A DNA stretch of 60,249 bases from the IMG/VR virus record IMGVR_UViG_3300037510_000266, positions 1 to 60,249 of that record, one strand, 5' to 3'. Of this stretch, positions 1 through 10,022 are shown one piece after another. Made by a program: the position numbers and the translations under genes. Source of the stretch: a virus. The notes beneath the pieces were generated by a model. It worked only from the letters and a program-made list of their open reading frames with translations, was not told where the DNA came from and made no database searches. How positions within the stretch are numbered: the first letter of the stretch is position 1; every line of letters starts with the position of its first letter.

Positions 1-127
1 CGAGATCAGATCTGGTATCGGGCCAAGGTGGGTGAGCCGATCGGCGATCGGCTCTTACCGCTCGTTGACAAATTGCTCTCCATCGAGAGCGATTTTCATG
101 CGAAGAATCTAGCTCGACAGCGGATCT
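1..127. repeat. Terminal direct repeat, copy 1 (circular-contig overlap)
   Basis: nt 1-127 (cgagatcagatctggtatcgg...ctcgacagcggatct) recur exactly at 60123-60249. Confidence 0.95.
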
Positions 128-1941
128 ACCGCGGTACCTGGCTGACGCCAGGTAAGTATGGGCGCAACGGGCAGCGCCAGCCGTTCACCGGTGCGCTCGC
201 TGCGCTGACGAAGATGGGTGTGAACGTCGCCCGTTTGAACGTCACCAAGGCCGTCTGTGACACGTTCTCGTCGCGTCTCTCGAAGGATCGGCCGATGCCT
301 TCCTTTGTCACCGACGACTCAGACTGGGACCTCAAGAGCAAGGCGAAGAAGTATCGCTCGTTCATCGTCGGCCAGATGCTCGAGACCGAATTTGACGACC
401 TCAGCGCGCGGGCGCTCGAGGACGGCACGCGGCTCGGCTTCGGGTACACGTATATCGACGAGTCGGACGACGCGATTCTGGCCGAGCGCGTCCATCATAA
501 CGACATCCTCTTCGATCGACGTGAGTGCAAGTACGGCAAACCGCAGCAGGCGTTTCGCATCCAACGTGTGGCACGCGACTACCTCGCGGAGCTGTACGAA
601 GACGAATCCGACTACATCATCAACGAAGCGCCACCGTCGCGAATGCGGCAATCGGATCAGTACATCGACGATGGTCCGACGATCAGCGATCTAGATGACT
701 ACGTGGACGTGTGGACGGCCTGGCATCTGCCATCGACGAGCGATTCTGAGAATGGTCGCAAGGCGATCATTTGCGGTAATCGCACGCTGGCGAATGAGCG
801 ATGGTGGGAGCCGCGGTTCCCTTGGACGATGTTTCAGCTCAGTGATCCAGATGAGGGAATGTATCCATCTGGATTCGTCGATGACCTCATCGAGATGCAG
901 TATCGAGTCAATTGCATCATTCGCGACATCCAGCTGAATCTGATGGTGACTGGTCGTGGTCATTATCTGACGCATGAGAGCAATCGGCTTCCGGTTGAGA
1001 TGCTTAACGCGATGCAACCATTCGAAATGGTGTATAGCGGTACACAGGCGACGGCCCCGGTGTGGACGGCTCCGCAGCCGTACAATCCAGCGCAGATGAG
1101 CGCGTTGGATAAGTTCGTCGATCTGATGTTCAACATTAGCGGCGTATCGAAGGCGAACGCAGAGAGTCGTTCGGCGTTGGGCGCCGGTGCGAGTGGTATC
1201 GCGCTGGATACGCAATACGACATCGACAGCGATCGTTTCCGTGGACCGCAGCGCAAGTATGCGCGCTATCGGCTGCATGGCGCACAGGGATATCTCGATG
1301 CGAGCAAGCGCGTAGCGCGTCGTCGTGATGATGGTAAAGGCAAGAAACGCTCCTGGGTAGCGACGACATGGAAGGGGCGCGACGCGATCCAGAAGTTGGA
1401 TTACGCAGCCGTCGAACTCAAAGAGGGCACGTATCGGCTCGCCATCGAGGCGGTTGGGTTCATCCCGGATACGCGTGCCGGTAAGCTCAGCGTCGTCGAG
1501 CAGCTCGCGAAGGCTGGCGTCATCCCACAATGGATGGTGCCGATGCTGTTCGACGAGCCGGATTTGCAAGAGGCGAACCGCATCATCTTGGCGCCGATCA
1601 AGAATGCATTGCGCAAGATGGATATCTTGGTGGACGTCGATAAGCCGGCGCCGATGCCAGAGCAGTACAACGATCTCGACATCGAGCTGAAGATCAGCAA
1701 GGCGTTCTACAACTGGATTCAATGCGAGAATGCGCCGCAAGAGGTGCAGGATCGCTTCCTGGACTACATCGCCAACGTCGTCGAGGCGATCAAGCAATAC
1801 CAACCTCCGGCACCGCCAGCTCCGCCGATGGCGCCAGCTGAGCAACCCATGCCAGGTGGCATTCCGATGATGCCGCAAGGCCCCGTCCCGCAGCCGATGA
1901 CGATCGGCGCACCGCCGATGCCGCCAGGCATGGCCAGCTAA
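28..1941 (+). CDS. Portal protein (putative)
   Basis: 637-aa ORF. First large gene after the terminase across the circular junction, followed by scaffold-like and capsid-like genes. Pro-rich C-terminal tail. Call rests on position and size only. In-frame TTG codons at 60078 and 60114 could extend the N-terminus across the junction. Confidence 0.65.
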   Translation: MGEPIGDRLLPLVDKLLSIESDFHAKNLARQRIYRGTWLTPGKYGRNGQRQPFTGALAALTKMGVNVARLNVTKAVCDTFSSRLSKDRPMPSFVTDDSDWDLKSKAKKYRSFIVGQMLETEFDDLSARALEDGTRLGFGYTYIDESDDAILAERVHHNDILFDRRECKYGKPQQAFRIQRVARDYLAELYEDESDYIINEAPPSRMRQSDQYIDDGPTISDLDDYVDVWTAWHLPSTSDSENGRKAIICGNRTLANERWWEPRFPWTMFQLSDPDEGMYPSGFVDDLIEMQYRVNCIIRDIQLNLMVTGRGHYLTHESNRLPVEMLNAMQPFEMVYSGTQATAPVWTAPQPYNPAQMSALDKFVDLMFNISGVSKANAESRSALGAGASGIALDTQYDIDSDRFRGPQRKYARYRLHGAQGYLDASKRVARRRDDGKGKKRSWVATTWKGRDAIQKLDYAAVELKEGTYRLAIEAVGFIPDTRAGKLSVVEQLAKAGVIPQWMVPMLFDEPDLQEANRIILAPIKNALRKMDILVDVDKPAPMPEQYNDLDIELKISKAFYNWIQCENAPQEVQDRFLDYIANVVEAIKQYQPPAPPAPPMAPAEQPMPGGIPMMPQGPVPQPMTIGAPPMPPGMAS

Positions 1942-1950
1942 GGAGACACC

Positions 1951-2178
1951 ATGACCGCACGTTGCAAGTTCAGGATCACAAATATCCTTAACACCGAACC
2001 GGAGAGCACTGCGAAGCGGATCGTTTTCGAGACGCACTACGACGATACCATCCCGGAGGATCAGGCGTTCACCAAGTACACGCCGACTGGACGCATGGAC
2101 GTCGTTATCGATAATGCGGCGGTGACAGAGAAGTACGTGGTCGGAGGTTTCGTCTACGTCGATATCACTCCTATCTGA
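1951..2178 (+). CDS. Hypothetical small protein (head module)
   Basis: 75-aa ORF with ATG start, 9 nt after the portal stop, same strand as the late operon. Confidence 0.55.
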   Translation: MTARCKFRITNILNTEPESTAKRIVFETHYDDTIPEDQAFTKYTPTGRMDVVIDNAAVTEKYVVGGFVYVDITPI

Positions 2179-2370
2179 ATGAGTCGCGAAACGATCATAT
2201 TCATGACACGTGACGAGGCAATCGCAGAAGCGATGCGAGGTGCCTCGTCTGGTGAGATTATTGAAATTCACAGCGAGTCGTGCGCAGGGTACGAGGATTC
2301 CATGCCTCCGTATTGTGTTATCGGATGCACTTGCAATCCGATGACTCTCACGGCAGGAGCTGTCGCATGA
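2179..2370 (+). CDS. Hypothetical small protein (head module)
   Basis: 63-aa ORF starting directly after the stop of the previous gene (tgaATG). Confidence 0.5.
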   Translation: MSRETIIFMTRDEAIAEAMRGASSGEIIEIHSESCAGYEDSMPPYCVIGCTCNPMTLTAGAVA

Positions 2371-2394
2371 TCGGTAACATCTGAGGATACGCAC

Positions 2395-3558
2395 ATGTCA
2401 TTCGTGATCGAGAACGAAGTCGCTGAACCAACCGAGCACACGCCGGCTTTGCCGCACGAGGAGATCGTGGGCCAAGAGCGCGTGTCGTCGAATGACGAGA
2501 ACGTCACGGCGGGATTCCGCGCTGCGCGTCAGCTCAAGGAGAGCACGCTCAAGCTGTTGCGGACGGATCTCGGAGCGGCGTCTGACGCGGACAAGCCGAA
2601 GGAGGCGACCGAGCCGGCGGATGCCGCCGCGACGCCAGCGGCGCCCGAGGATGCGGCCAAGCCGAAGCCGCCAGAGGCCTCGGCGAAGCCCGAGGAGCCG
2701 CATCCTGACACCGTGCGCGCGACCCGGCTCGCCGAGCACAACGCCAAGCTGGTCGCCGAGAACGAGTCACTTCGCAAACAACCCCACCGGAGCGGACCGA
2801 GCGAGCGCGAGAAGACGCTGGATGAGATCGAAGGACTCATCGTCACGAATCCGATCGCCGCTCATCGCAAGCTGATGGCGATGGCTATGGGCGTGCCCGA
2901 AGACTCGAAGGACATCGACGCTCACGAGCAATTCCTAGAACAGGAGTTGACTTCTAAGCGGATTGGTGTACCACTGACAGAAGAATCAGAAGCCGCAAGG
3001 AAAGCCGCCCGAACCCTCGTTGCGATCCAGCGAGAAATGCGTGCGCGGAAGGCCGAAGAGACGACGAAAGCAGCTGCACCGCCGGTTGATCCCGATGAGG
3101 CAGTTGCGACCGAGAAATCTTCGATCATTGGCAATCGGTTGGCTGCGAATAAGCACGCGGAGAAGTATCCGCTGCTGATGGCATGGAGTGAAGGCATTCA
3201 TGGCGCAAAGCCAGAACGCTTGCTCTGGACTATCATCGATCACGGTTTCAAGACCGGAGAATTCGATCGCAGCACACCCGATGATCAGCTGATCGATGCT
3301 GCATCGAAACGCATCGAAACCTACTACCAAGACCTTCTCGCGAAGGCACCAAAGACAGGTACCGCGCTACCGGAACTAAGCGCATCGACGGACGGAAAGA
3401 ACGCCGACTCACCAGGCAAGCAAGTCGGGACCATCTCCAATGCGGTTGCGAGCGTTGCGCCAGCGACGCTTCCGGCGAACAAAGCACCAGACAAGCAGAC
3501 GTATCGTACGGAGCGCGAGAAGCGCTTGGCGGTGATTCGTAAGCACTCGGTTGCATAG
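2395..3558 (+). CDS. Scaffolding protein (putative)
   Basis: 387 aa. Lies between portal and capsid. Acidic and Ala/Pro/Lys/Glu-rich low-complexity N-half, helical-looking remainder. Positional call. Confidence 0.5.
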   Translation: MSFVIENEVAEPTEHTPALPHEEIVGQERVSSNDENVTAGFRAARQLKESTLKLLRTDLGAASDADKPKEATEPADAAATPAAPEDAAKPKPPEASAKPEEPHPDTVRATRLAEHNAKLVAENESLRKQPHRSGPSEREKTLDEIEGLIVTNPIAAHRKLMAMAMGVPEDSKDIDAHEQFLEQELTSKRIGVPLTEESEAARKAARTLVAIQREMRARKAEETTKAAAPPVDPDEAVATEKSSIIGNRLAANKHAEKYPLLMAWSEGIHGAKPERLLWTIIDHGFKTGEFDRSTPDDQLIDAASKRIETYYQDLLAKAPKTGTALPELSASTDGKNADSPGKQVGTISNAVASVAPATLPANKAPDKQTYRTEREKRLAVIRKHSVA

Positions 3559-3578
3559 CGCGCGTATGGAGCACAACC

Positions 3579-4853
3579 ATGGCTGATTCACATACGTTTA
3601 CCAATCAAGACGCTGTCCTGAAAGATGTGTACGACGAGCGCACCATGCTCGAACAGTCGTACCAAGAGGCGCCGTTCTTCGGGATGGTCGAGAAGGAGAT
3701 CGGCGAGGACGCCGGTGGCCGGCGCTATGTCCAAGCGATCGAGTTTGAGAACCCAGGCGGCGCATCGGCGGATTATGCGAAATCGCGACTGAATGCTACG
3801 ACGTCTCAGTACGACGCGTTCATCATCGCGACAACGCAGCAGCACCAGTACATCCAGGTGGAACATCGCCTGATGCTGGCGTCGATGAAAAAGCCGGAGT
3901 CTTTCGTCAAGGCGCTTGATCAGTTCGATCGCGGATTCAAGTCGCTCGGCCAGAAGATCTCGCGTAGGATGTTCAGAACGCTCGGCGGTTCGATCGGCAA
4001 GCTGGCGATCAGTTCGACGACCACGACCACGCTGTCTTTTGCGGATGATGCGTCGATCTTCTACTGCCAGATCGGCATGAAGCTCGCGTTTGCCGCGGCG
4101 GATGGTACCGGATCTCTGCGTGACGGCGGCGATACGGTGACGATCACGAAGATCAATCACTCGAGCCGAACTGTCACCATCAATGCGGATCTGGCGACGA
4201 CGGTCGCAGGTGTTCAGACGACGGATTTCGTGTTCCCGGATGGTGACTTCGGGGCATGTCTGTCTGGTCTCGAGGACTGGCTTCCTGTCGATGATCGCGA
4301 TACTCGTCTTGCGACGTCATTTGCCAGCGTCGATCGTTCCGTGTCCGAGACGCTTCTCGGTGGTGTGTTCTTCGATGGATCCACGACGGGATCGCTCGAT
4401 GAAACGATCATCCTGCTGAATGCCGAGGTGAGTAACTTTAGTGGCATGATCGATACCGCGCTGACCAACCCGCGGCAGATCGCAAACCTCGTTCTCACGA
4501 AGAACAGCAAGGTGCGCATCGAAGCCAGCGTGACAGCAAAGCCCGTCGACAGCGAAGGTAAGGTGCTTACCGTCGGGTTCAAGGGGTTCCGGATCCTCGT
4601 CGGTGATAAGAGCGTCATCCTCATGGGTGATCGCGCATGTCCCGAGACGCGGCTGTACGAGCTCCAGATGAACACGTGGCGCCTGTGGCACACGGGTAAC
4701 CTGATCAACTGGCAGGGTGAGGTGTACGGCGAGCCGCGCATCAAGTCGTCACGTACGAGTGATGATGCCGAGGCGCAGCTCGATGTGTACTGCAACCTCG
4801 GATGCCGAGCGCCGGGCAAGAACGGCGTCGCCAAGCTGCGGGCGGCATCGTAA
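3579..4853 (+). CDS. Major capsid protein (putative)
   Basis: 424 aa, directly after the scaffold-like gene. Size and position are typical of HK97-fold coat proteins. No motif-level proof. Confidence 0.7.
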   Translation: MADSHTFTNQDAVLKDVYDERTMLEQSYQEAPFFGMVEKEIGEDAGGRRYVQAIEFENPGGASADYAKSRLNATTSQYDAFIIATTQQHQYIQVEHRLMLASMKKPESFVKALDQFDRGFKSLGQKISRRMFRTLGGSIGKLAISSTTTTTLSFADDASIFYCQIGMKLAFAAADGTGSLRDGGDTVTITKINHSSRTVTINADLATTVAGVQTTDFVFPDGDFGACLSGLEDWLPVDDRDTRLATSFASVDRSVSETLLGGVFFDGSTTGSLDETIILLNAEVSNFSGMIDTALTNPRQIANLVLTKNSKVRIEASVTAKPVDSEGKVLTVGFKGFRILVGDKSVILMGDRACPETRLYELQMNTWRLWHTGNLINWQGEVYGEPRIKSSRTSDDAEAQLDVYCNLGCRAPGKNGVAKLRAAS

Positions 4854-5230
4854 TGACACGCGAACAAACCACCTACGGCGTGGAGGGATTGCGCACAGAA
4901 ATGCGCATTCTCACCGCGTCTTTCACGGGTGGAGGTGCCGGCGAGCTCGTGAACAACGAGACATTGAGTGAGATCGCATCGACGACGCGCACGGGTGTGG
5001 GAACGCACACGGTTGTCTTCAACCGGTTCTATCCCGAGCTCAAGGTGCGTCCGATCTTCTCGTTCACCGGCACACTGCCTTTCACGGGTCGATGCAGTGC
5101 CATCGACTACACCGCGGATCCACCCACGGCAACCTTCGTGTTTTCCGTCGGCGCATTCGAAACTGACATCCCTACCACCGATACCGTGGACATCACCTGG
5201 ATCGTCCGCAACTCAGCAAGGAACTCGTAA
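4853..5230 (+). CDS. Hypothetical virion protein
   Basis: ATG at 4853 overlaps the capsid stop (TAATG), giving 125 aa. The 4802 start in the ORF track would overlap the capsid gene. Confidence 0.6.
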   Translation: MTREQTTYGVEGLRTEMRILTASFTGGGAGELVNNETLSEIASTTRTGVGTHTVVFNRFYPELKVRPIFSFTGTLPFTGRCSAIDYTADPPTATFVFSVGAFETDIPTTDTVDITWIVRNSARNS

Positions 5231-5231
5231 C

Positions 5232-5963
5232 ATGGCTGGACTCAGCGAAACGCAACTCACCCGGCTTGCCGGATTCAATCAAGACGCGCTTGACGGCCTT
5301 CGGGCTCAGCTCGGCGAAGGTGTTGATGCGGTCAGCGCGGCTGGCGCGCTCGATCTGACGAAGTACGTGACCGAGCTGACCGTCAGCGGTACCAAAGCGT
5401 ACACGCTCGCGGCGCCGACGGTCGCCACGCAGCGCAAGCGCATCGTGTGCGTGTCGGCCGCGAGCACTCCGCTCGGGACGGTTACGATCTCGAGCCCGGA
5501 CGACACCACCGGGTTCGTGTGCTCGACCACCTTCACGTTCACCGACGTAGGCCAGTCGATCGATCTGATTGCCACGTCGGGGCTTAAGTGGCGGTGCATA
5601 CGTGTTGATCGCGCGGGCGGCGCCGCGGATGCCGTGGTCATCGGTACCACGGTACTCACGGGGTTGAACCTGTGGAAGCGTTACTGCTGCTCGGTGACCG
5701 GTACAGTCTCATCGACGAGTACCAAGGCACTTCCGAACGGTAGCGCCGTCGGTGAGCGATGCATCGTCACGTGCTCGACGGCTGCATCAACGCCGGTTGG
5801 AAGCATCGATGGCGTGTTCAAGGGCATGATCAACGAGGACTACACGCACCTCGGCGCGATCGGCGTGGTGGCATCTGCGACCGTCGTCGGTGACTGCGCC
5901 GTGCTCGAATGGACCGGTCAGGCGTGGGCGGTCATGTACCAGAATGGTTGCACGCTCTCGTAA
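5232..5963 (+). CDS. Hypothetical virion protein with internal duplication
   Basis: ATG at 5232, 243 aa. Two similar segments (..RIVCVSAASTPLGTV.. and ..RCIVTCSTAASTPVGSI..). The upstream part of track ORF 4968 overlaps the previous gene. Confidence 0.6.
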   Translation: MAGLSETQLTRLAGFNQDALDGLRAQLGEGVDAVSAAGALDLTKYVTELTVSGTKAYTLAAPTVATQRKRIVCVSAASTPLGTVTISSPDDTTGFVCSTTFTFTDVGQSIDLIATSGLKWRCIRVDRAGGAADAVVIGTTVLTGLNLWKRYCCSVTGTVSSTSTKALPNGSAVGERCIVTCSTAASTPVGSIDGVFKGMINEDYTHLGAIGVVASATVVGDCAVLEWTGQAWAVMYQNGCTLS

Positions 5964-7186
5964 TGTCGACGCGATACCTCAGTGATCTCGTGCAGACGGT
6001 CCGCGACCGTGGCGATTACCGCAACCCGGTGAAGTTCACGGACGAGATCATCACGCGCGAGGTACAAGCCGCGTTCGCTGAGCTGTATCAGATCATCACC
6101 GGTGTCAATGAGGGGTATTTCGACACGACGGCGACGCTGACCACGACGGCCAACGTGGCCTACGTGGCATTACCATCAGACAGCTGGCGCGTACGAGCGA
6201 TTGATCGGATCGACAGTTCGGGATGTCCTGTTTTGCTCGATCAGGTTGGTATCGACCAACGCAATCGCTATGGAATCACCGCGTCATGTCCGGTGGCGTA
6301 TCGTCTTACCGCACGTGGCGTGGACCTGTATCCGACACCGGATCAGGCATACACGCTGCGCTTGTTGTACACGCCAAGCGCGCCGGATTTGCGCGCGCCG
6401 GTGTACGTCGGATCGTCCACGGCCACCTTCGTCGGCGTACCGACCACGGGAACCGTGACTACGCCGAGCGGAGTTGCCGCGGGCGATACGATGCTGATTA
6501 TCGTGGCCGGCGCCAGCGTGATTACGGTGCCCGATGGCTGGTACAGCGTGTTGACACTCACGAGCGCCAACGCGGTGCCGTGTACGATCTTGCGGCGCAC
6601 TGCAGATGGCGCCGAGGCCAACACGTACGACGTGATTGTCGGCGGCACATGCGGCATGGCGATGCTCGTGTATCGCAACCTGGACACGATCGCCGATATC
6701 GTCGACTCGTCCATCTCGGACGTGACCACTAGCCGGTCGTTTGCGTGTCCGGCGCTCACGCTCGCCGCGACCACAGATCTGTACGTCGGGATCGTCGCCA
6801 GCACGGACAGCGCCACGACGTTTTCTCCGCCGTTCGCGACGATGGAGCGGATCGACGTCACGCAAGGCACGAAGCGGATTGCGACATTCGATGTGCAGCC
6901 GGGGTCCATTGGTGACACCGGCGCCAAGACAGCACTGGCAGTGACTACGCGCACCGGAATTGCCGCGTCGATCGCCCTGGCGGTGAACCCGTCGCGCGAA
7001 TTTTATAACGGATGGGAGGAGTATATCATATATGGCGCGTGTATCCGTCTGTCCGGCGAAGAGGAATCGACGCGATCGGATTGGGTCACGCTACAGGATC
7101 GCGCGCGCCAGATGGCGGTGAGCGGTGCGACGGGACGGCGATCCGCGGAGCCTCAGCTCATTCCGCTGATGGACGATGGCTGGTAG
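5963..7186 (+). CDS. Head-tail adaptor or tail structural protein (putative)
   Basis: TAATG overlap start at 5963, 407 aa. Position is between the head genes and the tail fibre. Confidence 0.45.
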   Translation: MSTRYLSDLVQTVRDRGDYRNPVKFTDEIITREVQAAFAELYQIITGVNEGYFDTTATLTTTANVAYVALPSDSWRVRAIDRIDSSGCPVLLDQVGIDQRNRYGITASCPVAYRLTARGVDLYPTPDQAYTLRLLYTPSAPDLRAPVYVGSSTATFVGVPTTGTVTTPSGVAAGDTMLIIVAGASVITVPDGWYSVLTLTSANAVPCTILRRTADGAEANTYDVIVGGTCGMAMLVYRNLDTIADIVDSSISDVTTSRSFACPALTLAATTDLYVGIVASTDSATTFSPPFATMERIDVTQGTKRIATFDVQPGSIGDTGAKTALAVTTRTGIAASIALAVNPSREFYNGWEEYIIYGACIRLSGEEESTRSDWVTLQDRARQMAVSGATGRRSAEPQLIPLMDDGW

Positions 7187-7499
7187 GGTTCCGCAACGCC
7201 CAGGCAGGGTCCCGACGCTCTCTGTGGGCGATGCGGCATCACCGCGGATGGTCGCCGGTGCCGTATCGGATCTCGCGCGTGCGGCCCGTAGGGTGCGCCT
7301 ACGCGTCGATCTCGTGGTAGGCCAGAACCGGATAGCCCACGGTCTCGGGCGAGCAGTAGAGGGCTATAGCATCACGCCGACGGTCGCCGCGGCTGGGTTC
7401 GCGCACGCGATCGACGAGACCAACCCGTCACCGGAGCTCGAAGTCTGGATCACGGTGATCGGTTCGGCGCAGCCTCAGGCGCGGATTGAGGTATGGTGA
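7176..7499 (+). CDS. Hypothetical virion protein
   Basis: 107-aa ORF overlapping the previous stop by 11 nt, in the late operon. Confidence 0.45.
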   Translation: MAGRVPQRPGRVPTLSVGDAASPRMVAGAVSDLARAARRVRLRVDLVVGQNRIAHGLGRAVEGYSITPTVAAAGFAHAIDETNPSPELEVWITVIGSAQPQARIEVW

Positions 7500-7522
7500 A
7501 CAGACCATGGTCGTCTAACCAT

Positions 7523-7537
7523 GGTCCACAGACCACA
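7523..7537 (+). promoter_or_regulatory. GGTC-N4-GACCACA site A (GGTCCACAGACCACA)
   Basis: 15-mer located 20 nt upstream of the tail-fibre ATG. Near-identical copies at 9791-9805 (- strand) and 10023-10037 (+ strand). A GACCATGGTC palindrome lies at 7503-7512. Confidence 0.45.
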
Positions 7538-7556
7538 GCCGTGATATTCGTAGGCT

Positions 7557-8738
7557 ATGGCAACTCTCCCCTCGATGGGACTTGAGACTCCGACCGTGGG
7601 CGCGTCCCGCGGCACGTGGGGCGGAACCGTCAACAGCAATTTCACGAAGCTTGATGGACACAACCACACGAGCGGTAGCGGCGTTCAGGTTCCGACGGCT
7701 GGAATCAACATCAATGCCGATTTGTCGTTCAATTCGCTGTACGGACCGAAGGATCTGCACGCGCTCACATTCGCGTCCATTGTCGCATCGACGGTGACGA
7801 ATCGGAAGTCGCTCTTCGTGAGCGATGGCACCGGCGGGTTGACGTCCGGCGAGTTGTATTGGCTCAACGGAGCCGGTAACAACGTCAAGCTGACCGATGG
7901 CAACTCGCTTAACGTATCGGCGTTCGTTGGCGGCATCGGTGGGGACTACACCGCAGTCAGCGCTGCGGAGGCGTTCGATAACGCATCGAAGAACTACACG
8001 TTCAATGATGGCTCCGCGCATTGGGCCGGATTGCACGCTGGCTCGTTGGTGTTGTCGGAGAAAGGCACGAGTAGCGCGTTCGCCATCACGATCGATGCAC
8101 CTGCTGGCCTCGCTGCGACGTATGCATTGAAGCTTCCGGCGGCGTTGCCGGGATCGACGTTGCTCGCACAAGTGAGCAACGCCGGTGTGGTGTCATTCAG
8201 CAATACGGTGGTCAGTGCTGCGACGTTCTCTGGTTTGATTACGGCGAGCGCAGGGCTCACTGCGGCGGCGAATCAGCACGTGACGGTTAGCGGCACTGGT
8301 CGCTTCAAGCATGGAACATTGACCAGGCAGGTGTCTGGATACGGTTTTATTGCGTTGTTTGGCGGCGCCACCGCGGACTACGGTCGTTCGGGTGGGCAGG
8401 AGGTATCCAACACCGGATCCGCTGGAGCCTGGGGTCTCTCGCTTGCTTTCGATCAAGGCGTTAGAATTCAGACCATTCGTATCTATGTGTACGACAACGC
8501 TACCGGCCCCACGAAGGTACAGGCAGGAGTCAATCAGCAGGTAGCGAGCACACTGGCAACTACGAGCCTCGGAACATCCTCGGTGTCGGCCGGGACTGGT
8601 GCGTTTCAGACGCTAACGATCTCAGGCATTAACACCACGGTGACATCTGGAACGCTCTACTACATTAACATACTAACTACCACAGGCACCGCGAAGTGTC
8701 AAATACTTGGAGCGGAGATCGATTATGATCGTCCGTGA
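7557..8738 (+). CDS. Tail fibre / receptor-binding protein
   Basis: The N-terminus LETPTVGASRGTWGGTVNSNFTKLDGHNHTSGSG matches the conserved N-terminal pattern of many phage tail-fibre proteins. Gly/Ser/Thr/Ala-rich remainder. Confidence 0.6.
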   Translation: MATLPSMGLETPTVGASRGTWGGTVNSNFTKLDGHNHTSGSGVQVPTAGININADLSFNSLYGPKDLHALTFASIVASTVTNRKSLFVSDGTGGLTSGELYWLNGAGNNVKLTDGNSLNVSAFVGGIGGDYTAVSAAEAFDNASKNYTFNDGSAHWAGLHAGSLVLSEKGTSSAFAITIDAPAGLAATYALKLPAALPGSTLLAQVSNAGVVSFSNTVVSAATFSGLITASAGLTAAANQHVTVSGTGRFKHGTLTRQVSGYGFIALFGGATADYGRSGGQEVSNTGSAGAWGLSLAFDQGVRIQTIRIYVYDNATGPTKVQAGVNQQVASTLATTSLGTSSVSAGTGAFQTLTISGINTTVTSGTLYYINILTTTGTAKCQILGAEIDYDRP

Positions 8739-8741
8739 CAT

Positions 8742-9626
8742 TCATTGAATTGTTAGTAGCGTAGCAGCCAATACGGACGTCGATGTAGTTCCTGACGCAT
8801 CCACTGATAGAACATATCCGCATCCATATGGAAGTTCCACAAGCGGTGATATGCTGATGATTTGAATGTTACTGCTTTTCGCGGATGGCTGAGATGTCGC
8901 AATAGTGGACAACGATCCATCGATGCATCTCATTATCAGTGATATGAAGTCGCTTGACGTCGTTGTATCTATTACTGATGCTTTAGCGCTTATCAAGATC
9001 TGACCTGGATACATCCTCGTGTCAGCAGCAACATGAAGTGATGGTCCTTCGATCCTAGCATTTGCGTAATCAACGGCGTTGACGGCTGGAAATTCGTTCA
9101 CAAACGATGCGTATGAAATCGGAACTTCAGTAAATACGGTTGTCGCGTTTATCCGGATGCCGAACACATACGACGGATTCGACGTCGGCGAGCTTAGCGC
9201 GATTTCGAACATGCCTTGCGACGTGTCGTAAATGACCGGCGGTGAGATGGTACCCTCGGCTCCACATCCGCAGGTTGTGATACTCGAGATCGTCGTCCAC
9301 GTGGTGCCGCCATCGCTGGATGAGCGTATCGATATCACCACCGGAGCCGATGGTTTGGCGTTTCCTGGACCGTTGTCCATGAGATCCACCGAGATTCCGG
9401 TGATCACGGCTCCCTCTGGACCAGTATACGGGATGTGCCACGTACCGGACGCGAACCACCATCCGGTTTCGTCGATTCCAGTGGTCGCATCGCCATTGCC
9501 GGTTACCGGATTGATGCATTCCGGATCCGAGCATGATAACGCCGTCGATTCGTTTATGCGTTCATGCGTGACACAGCCGCTCGCCATTGCGAGCACACAC
9601 AGCATCCATGTTCTCATGTGACTCAT
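8742..9626 (-). CDS. Lipoprotein (moron, opposite strand inside the tail module)
   Basis: N-terminus MSHMRTWMLCVLAMASGC is a signal peptide plus lipobox-like ASGC. Its stop codon lies 3 nt from the tail-fibre stop on the opposite strand. The 3' half is visibly AT-richer than its neighbours. Confidence 0.6.
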   Translation of the reverse strand: MSHMRTWMLCVLAMASGCVTHERINESTALSCSDPECINPVTGNGDATTGIDETGWWFASGTWHIPYTGPEGAVITGISVDLMDNGPGNAKPSAPVVISIRSSSDGGTTWTTISSITTCGCGAEGTISPPVIYDTSQGMFEIALSSPTSNPSYVFGIRINATTVFTEVPISYASFVNEFPAVNAVDYANARIEGPSLHVAADTRMYPGQILISAKASVIDTTTSSDFISLIMRCIDGSLSTIATSQPSAKSSNIQIISISPLVELPYGCGYVLSVDASGTTSTSVLAATLLTIQ

Positions 9627-9790
9627 CCCTGCTAACCGGCGTGATGCCGGATGCAGAGATAATGCGCATACGAAGCCTTCGGATCTAGCTTCTCATCGAT
9701 CATCTCACTGAGCGATTATGACACACTGTGACAATGTGATGCGTCACTGCATCTGTGATACGTTATCATACTGCGACTTGTTGTCACAAT

Positions 9791-9805
9791 TGTGGTCTGT
9801 AGACC
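9791..9805 (-). promoter_or_regulatory. GGTC-N4-GACCACA site B (GGTCTACAGACCACA on the - strand)
   Basis: The reverse complement of tgtggtctgtagacc differs from site A at 1 position. Lies in the 434-bp non-coding gap. Confidence 0.4.
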
Positions 9806-10022
9806 CCGGATCATTCGTGTCCGTCGGCGGGATCGTCTCGGGTGCTGGCACATCGATTGTCTTTTTTCTATTGGGCTTGAAGCGTTGTTTTCTGGGCATG
9901 CCCAACGCTGTTGCGAACGTTGCGCCATCGCAAGCATCCGAATCATCGTCACCTGATGTGCGCAATCGCCACTACGCGACGTTTTGCAGTGTGGCGATCG
10001 TGACTTGTGGTCAGTTGCCCAT

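Noticed and set aside
1-127. Terminal repeat as a biological direct terminal repeat, LTR or mobile-element end.
   Set aside because: The repeat is exact and genes are continuous across it, so it is best explained as an assembly overlap of a circular or permuted genome. This cannot be fully excluded without reads.
691-2394. 567-aa antisense ORF inside the portal gene. Similar long antisense or shadow ORFs occur elsewhere (for example 4214-5008, 6284-6954, 12997-13854, 33247-34293, 35908-36636, 54121-55038, 58547-59140).
   Set aside because: They are typical stop-poor frames of high-GC DNA. They are Arg/Ser/Ala-rich, lie entirely within well-supported genes on the other strand, and have no RBS or coupling signals.
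7557-8738. Diversity-generating retroelement targeting the tail fibre.
   Set aside because: There is no reverse transcriptase gene and no template-repeat copy of the fibre 3' end anywhere in the genome.
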